Shown here piece by piece: positions 27,158 through 32,000 of a stretch of DNA of 32,000 nt (position 1 is its first letter; each line of letters opens with the position of its first letter). The notes beneath the pieces were generated by a model, which searched no databases, was not told the DNA's origin, and was given only the letters and a program-made list of their open reading frames with translations. The position numbers and the translations under genes are program-made. Source of the DNA: Candidatus Methanoperedens sp. (GTDB lineage: Archaea > Halobacteriota > Methanosarcinia > Methanosarcinales > Methanoperedenaceae); contig JAPZAR010000030.1 of NCBI GenBank assembly GCA_027460535.1, positions 1 through 32,000 of the forward strand. Reading direction: 5' to 3'.

Positions 27158-29989
27158 GTTAAAATCAGCCCTTGGAGGGATTGAAATCCTGGAGGAAATG
27201 CTCTTGCCTAAATCTGTTATAAAGTTAAAATCAGCCCTTGGAGGGATTGAAATACGTAGATGTACCCGGTGTTCGCGTCAAGGTTTGTCAGTTAAAATCA
27301 GCCCTTGGAGGGATTGAAATACTATATACGTGCATACATACATAGATATGTATGCTGGTTAAAATCAGCCCTTGGAGGGATTGAAATTATTCTGCTCCTC
27401 AGGCGATGCCGCCTTCCTTGAGGTTAAAATCAGCCCTTGGAGGGATTGAAATGGCGGTGATCGTATGAAATGCATCCACGCGATATATCGTTAAAATCAG
27501 CCCTTGGAGGGATTGAAATATGATATGGTGCCTTGTGCGCGAGGGCAGCCTCCTTGGTTAAAATCAGCCCTTGGAGGGATTGAAATGACTCTCCGGCGCT
27601 GAGCCTTTGGCTGCTGTATCACGTTAAAATCAGCCCTTGGAGGGATTGAAATTACTGAGATCGTGAAGCTGCGAACGCCCCTGGGGAGCGTTAAAATCAG
27701 CCCTTGGAGGGATTGAAATGTGTGAGCCCGAACTTTTCCGAGGTCAGTTCCGCCAGTTAAAATCAGCCCTTGGAGGGATTGAAATCGTGGTACCACGTGC
27801 TCCCCTCAACCCCATAGCGTGCGTTAAAATCAGCCCTTGGAGGGATTGAAATACGGAACGAACACGCACAAAATCCGTCGTGGCGTTATGTTAAAATCAG
27901 CCCTTGGAGGGATTGAAATAAGGCAAAACGCTCGAACAGGATCACCTTCATGGACGGTTAAAATCAGCCCTTGGAGGGATTGAAATCTGCGTATGCAGTG
28001 CGTTTCCGATCTTGTTCACGCGTTGTTAAAATCAGCCCTTGGAGGGATTGAAATTCTCTATGATCCTTATGATCGGGGGTTCATACTACCAGTTAAAATC
28101 AGCCCTTGGAGGGATTGAAATTTAAGACTATGTCGTCTTTTGAGCAGATCGGTAAGAAGTTAAAATCAGCCCTTGGAGGGATTGAAATATATCTGTTTTT
28201 TCAGATATAGAAATTTTGAAATATTGTTAAAATCAGCCCTTGGAGGGATTGAAATATCATAATTATTATGTTTTGAGAGTAGATCATAAGGAGTTAAAAT
28301 CAGCCCTTGGAGGGATTGAAATGTCTCAGCACAGACGACAAGCAACCAGACCTACACGAGTTAAAATCAGCCCTTGGAGGGATTGAAATAGCGATGTAAA
28401 GAACATCCAGGGAGCGCACTTCAAATGTTAAAATCAGCCCTTGGAGGGATTGAAATACGCCTAGGCTTTCCTTGCCTCTTCCCTGACTTCTTGTTAAAAT
28501 CAGCCCTTGGAGGGATTGAAATTCACTTGTAGCCCTTGAGGAAGTTGAGCGTATCGAGGTTAAAATCAGCCCTTGGAGGGATTGAAATCAATAAGAACCT
28601 CCTCTACCCTTGGTTGTTATTTCATGTTAAAATCAGCCCTTGGAGGGATTGAAATAGCAAACAACGATACCGAGCAGCCCGGGTAATTCTCGTTAAAATC
28701 AGCCCTTGGAGGGATTGAAATATTCGCCCTCGCTCTCGGTCATGGTTCCCTATAAAACGTTAAAATCAGCCCTTGGAGGGATTGAAATGAAGTGGACGAG
28801 TGCGGATGGAATTGAAGTCACCATGGTTAAAATCAGCCCTTGGAGGGATTGAAATCATCAACTTGCACCTCACACTTAAGATAATGCTCAATGTTAAAAT
28901 CAGCCCTTGGAGGGATTGAAATAAGGAATGGAGATGAAGATTTCTGCAGGCATACAAGTTAAAATCAGCCCTTGGAGGGATTGAAATACGGTTTGATGAG
29001 CTTCTTGATAAAATACAGAACCAAGTTAAAATCAGCCCTTGGAGGGATTGAAATATGCAAGGTGCTGCTACAACTGCGAACCGTGTGAATCGTTAAAATC
29101 AGCCCTTGGAGGGATTGAAATTTATAACTACTTCGACGTTCCCGCTTGCTGTGCTGAGTTAAAATCAGCCCTTGGAGGGATTGAAATCTTGATACTTCCT
29201 GATTGGTGAAGTTCGCCCATCCGTGTTAAAATCAGCCCTTGGAGGGATTGAAATGGGTCTTTAGCAAGCTACCTGAGTATGTGCAAAAGAATGTTAAAAT
29301 CAGCCCTTGGAGGGATTGAAATATTAATCAAGCAAACCGTTCAAGGAGGAAGGCTTCGGTTAAAATCAGCCCTTGGAGGGATTGAAATATTTCGACTGCT
29401 CCATTTGCAAATATCACGAGCGTGGTTAAAATCAGCCCTTGGAGGGATTGAAATGACAATAGTGACATACAACACAAACGGAATTGCAGGTGTTAAAATC
29501 AGCCCTTGGAGGGATTGAAATATAGCGAATCGAGGCACGACACCAAGTCCGTGCGGAAGTTAAAATCAGCCCTTGGAGGGATTGAAATAGATTAGTTAAA
29601 CTAACTAACGGCTCTGTATATGATGTTAAAATCAGCCCTTGGAGGGATTGAAATATGTAACCAAAAAAGAACCAGATGAAATAATCCCGGCGTTAAAATC
29701 AGCCCTTGGAGGGATTGAAATCAATGATATCATAGGGATGTTGTTATATTAATCCCTTGTTAAAATCAGCCCTTGGAGGGATTGAAATCGAATACCTGGA
29801 AACATGCCGTCATGCCCGGACGAGGGTTAAAATCAGCCCTTGGAGGGATTGAAATGTGATCAAGGCGCTCCCGGACCTCAATGCCCTGGTCGGTTAAAAT
29901 CAGCCCTTGGAGGGATTGAAATGCAGACGTAATCTTAGCTGGGGCAAGTATCCCACTTAGTTAAAATCAGCCCTTGGAGGGATTGAAAT
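27158..29989 (+). CRISPR. CRISPR array: 43 identical 30-nt repeats GTTAAAATCAGCCCTTGGAGGGATTGAAAT and 42 spacers of 35-38 nt
   Basis: Every repeat start was located by hand from 27158 to 29960, with periods of 65-68 nt. The repeat ends in ATTGAAAT (the expected 8-nt 5' handle) and contains the CCCT-TGG-AGGG mini-hairpin. Confidence 0.98.
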
Positions 29990-30217
29990 GGAGTATCTAT
30001 CATGTGGGCACCGAGGGCATTAATTTGCATATCTTGATGTTGATTTTGTCCGGTTAACATTTAATAAGAAATCATCAATAAATAACCGCTGTCCATGAAT
30101 ATTTTAATGCTAGAAAGATGATAATAAATAGTGGATTCATTTTAGATTCTTTTGAAGCATTAGGAATCGTTCAAAAGTATCGATAATCTTTTTGCCCGGT
30201 TTTTTTTAAAACCGAAA

Positions 30218-30289
30218 TGCACCGATCGGGATTTGAACCCGAGTTATTAGCTTGGAAGGCTAAAGTCATAGCCGCTAGACCATCGGTGC
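30218..30289 (-). tRNA. tRNA-Gly (anticodon UCC), no encoded CCA
   Basis: The reverse complement folds as a cloverleaf: acceptor GCACCGA/TCGGTGC, anticodon stem TTAGC/GCTAA with loop CTTCCAA, and T arm TCGGG-TTCAAAT-CCCGA. It is 71 nt plus a discriminator A. Confidence 0.9.
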
Positions 30290-30434
30290 TACGATGCCTT
30301 CCTAAGTGAGTAAAAGGATTTAATTGTTTCGTATTGGGAAATCAGCAATTTCCATACAGGATGTTTGCTAATTATAAATAAAATTTTGTGCAGTATGACA
30401 TATGGACTGCACAGAGTTGATATGGTGAAATTCC

Positions 30435-30713
30435 CTAATCCGGCAACAGCCCCTCCCCCTTGAATATCTTCTTAGCCTCCTCGATCGTGATATCCCCTGG
30501 CGGTATTATCACATCGCTCGGCTTCAGGATCTCATGCGGAATCGGCTTCCCGTACTTTCGCACATAATCGTTGAGCTTCTTGAATTCGCTTTTAAAGACC
30601 TTCTCATTCCCTTTGTTAACGATCTTCACAATATTATTGTCTATTTTATTTATCTCATCCACATGCTTCTTATCGATCTCAAACTGTCCTTCTCCCATTA
30701 ATCTCACTATCAT
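30435..30713 (-). CDS. PspA-associated protein (PspAA-like)
   Basis: 92 aa. MIVRLMGEGQFEID...IPPGDITIEEAKKIF.GEGLLPD matches my memory of the PspAA family. It overlaps the pspA stop by 4 nt. Confidence 0.7.
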   Translation of the reverse strand: MIVRLMGEGQFEIDKKHVDEINKIDNNIVKIVNKGNEKVFKSEFKKLNDYVRKYGKPIPHEILKPSDVIIPPGDITIEEAKKIFKGEGLLPD

Positions 30714-31411
30714 TTTCCCATCTCCTTCTTCAGCGCCTCAAGCTGCGCATCCACATCTCCCTTGGATTTTATCTTTGAAAGCTCCCTGTCAATATCATCC
30801 TTCGTTCCTCCAGTCACATCCTCAAGCGTTCCTGCATCAACAAGTTCATCCAGCGCATCCGCGCGCGCTTTCATGGTCTCTGTCTTATCCTGCGCCCGCT
30901 GGACTGCAAGGCCCACATCGCTCATCTCTTCCCCGATGCCGCTGACGGCTTCCGTGACCTTGACCTGCGCCTCTGCCGCGCTGTACTGGGCTTTTATCGT
31001 TTCTTTTGTGGAGCGGAAGGATTCTATCTTCGTGGAGAGTCGCTTTTCAGTTGCTGTAAGCTTCTCCTGCTGATTTGCAATATCTGCGATCTGCTGGGTG
31101 AGGCTTGCGATTTCGCCCTGCGATGTGCTCTTCCTCTCAAGCGCGATCCTGGCAAGGTCCTCCCTTCCTGCTTTTACCGCCTCTCGCGACTGATCGTCCA
31201 GTTTCTGCACGTTTTGCTCGAGTTTTACTTTCTGGATTTCAAGCCGTTTCTTCGAGGTCGTGACCTCCGCAACGCCTCTCTTTACGTTCTGCAAGAGTTC
31301 AAGCTGTTTCTCATAAGAGTAATCAAGAGTTTCCCTCGGATCCTCGAATTTCCCTAAGATCTTGTTTATTTTTGATTTTATGATCGTACTTGTTCTTTCT
31401 ATTAGCCCCAT
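30710..31411 (-). CDS. pspA: PspA/IM30 (phage shock protein A) family protein
   Basis: 233-aa coiled-coil protein. MGLIERTSTIIKSKINKILGKFEDPRETLDYSYEKQLELLQNVKRGVAEV is the canonical PspA N-terminus. Confidence 0.9.
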   Translation of the reverse strand: MGLIERTSTIIKSKINKILGKFEDPRETLDYSYEKQLELLQNVKRGVAEVTTSKKRLEIQKVKLEQNVQKLDDQSREAVKAGREDLARIALERKSTSQGEIASLTQQIADIANQQEKLTATEKRLSTKIESFRSTKETIKAQYSAAEAQVKVTEAVSGIGEEMSDVGLAVQRAQDKTETMKARADALDELVDAGTLEDVTGGTKDDIDRELSKIKSKGDVDAQLEALKKEMGK

Positions 31412-31503
31412 GATTCTTACCTCATTAATTCAATTTCCTTCTACGGCTAAATACTTTCTCTAAAAGGAAACTATAATACTCAATGGAATAATTCTGATAG
31501 ATA

Positions 31504-32000
31504 ATGGTAAAGGACTCAGTCGGCGTCATATTCGGAAAAACGGATTCTTTAAACTTCAGGTTCGCGGTTTCCAACATCATTAACACAAATAAATCTGATT
31601 ATGTTAAAGTCTGGCACGAATCTGACGGATGGATACTTGCCCAGGTCACATCCATCACAAGTTCCAGCGAGGATTTCGACATAGAGGAAGCCGTTGACGT
31701 AGCCGGGGGCGGTTCCAGGATGGGTGATATGGATGAGAGGATCATTGCCGAGGCAACTGTCATCGGTTCAAGAAGCAAGGAGGGAACCCTGAACGTGCCG
31801 AAATCCCCATTCAGCCCTGGAGATAAGGTCTTCAACGCAGACGAGATGCTCATAAGACAAACGCTGGGTCTGATGCGCGGGGATGTTTACATCGGTCTCC
31901 TTGAAGGGCAGAATATACATGTTAATCTGGATGCCAACAACCTTGTTCAGAAGCACTGTAGCATCCTTGCCAAGACCGGCGCGGGCAAATCCTATACCGG
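31504..32000 (+). CDS. HerA-like / DUF87 ATPase, N-terminal part (runs off the window; absent from the ORF track)
   Basis: ATG 31504 opens a frame that stays open to 32000: MVKDSVGVIFGKTDSLNFRFAV...DYVKVWHESDGWILAQV...LVQKHCSILAKTGAGKSYT. This gives an N-terminal barrel-like region plus Walker A. The minus-strand ORFs listed here are its shadows. Confidence 0.65.
   Translation, partial: MVKDSVGVIFGKTDSLNFRFAVSNIINTNKSDYVKVWHESDGWILAQVTSITSSSEDFDIEEAVDVAGGGSRMGDMDERIIAEATVIGSRSKEGTLNVPKSPFSPGDKVFNADEMLIRQTLGLMRGDVYIGLLEGQNIHVNLDANNLVQKHCSILAKTGAGKSYT

Noticed and set aside
27497-29538. ORFs listed inside the CRISPR array (27497-27796, 28766-28957, 29279-29518, 29341-29538)
   Set aside because: Their translations repeat the same peptide (SLQGLILT / KSALGGIEI) at every CRISPR repeat. 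They are artefacts of translating the array.
29990-30217. Search for an integrase or recombinase next to the tRNA-Gly, or anywhere within 15.7-30.2 kb
   Set aside because: The segment between the array and the tRNA is A+T-rich with no ORF of useful length. No island ORF shows recombinase motifs, so I do not call an integrase. Only a CGGTTTT-TTTT-AAAACCG hairpin beside the tRNA 3' end was seen.
31599-31956. Minus-strand ORFs 31599-31853 and 31768-31956
   Set aside because: They are antisense to the unlisted + strand HerA-like ORF, which has a Walker A motif and a coherent N-terminal domain.

Overview
The window looks archaeal, possibly Methanosarcinales-like; this is inferred from gene content, a tRNA without encoded CCA and TATA-like promoters, with no database search. 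Positions 1-15.7 kb hold ordinary housekeeping and accessory genes: an alcohol dehydrogenase fragment, nitroreductase, GYD protein, a four-repeat helical protein, methyltransferases, CoA-binding protein, LutC-like and LutB-like LUD proteins, a TIGR03118-like propeller, a three-HMA CopA ATPase and a CPA2 antiporter. Positions 15.7-30.3 kb hold a complete type I-B CRISPR-Cas locus (cas6, Zn-ribbon ORF, cas8, cas7, cas5, cas3, then VapBC, a wHTH-nucleotidyltransferase, cas4, cas1, cas2) followed by an array of 43 identical 30-nt repeats. A tRNA-Gly(UCC), a pspA-pspAA operon and a HerA-like ATPase that runs off the window follow. The main observations are: (1) the whole CRISPR-Cas locus lies between tRNA-Gly and a 23-nt direct repeat of that tRNA's 3' end, with no integrase; (2) a G+C-rich repeat family, unassigned to any known element class, sits at every module junction of the locus; (3) the very A+T-rich cas8-cas7-cas5-cas3 cassette is bracketed by inverted copies of that element and contrasts sharply with cas6 and cas4-1-2; (4) several uncharacterised genes are translationally coupled to cas genes: a Zn-ribbon ORF before cas8, a 63-aa ORF before cas6, and a wHTH-nucleotidyltransferase plus 31-aa micro-ORF before cas4.
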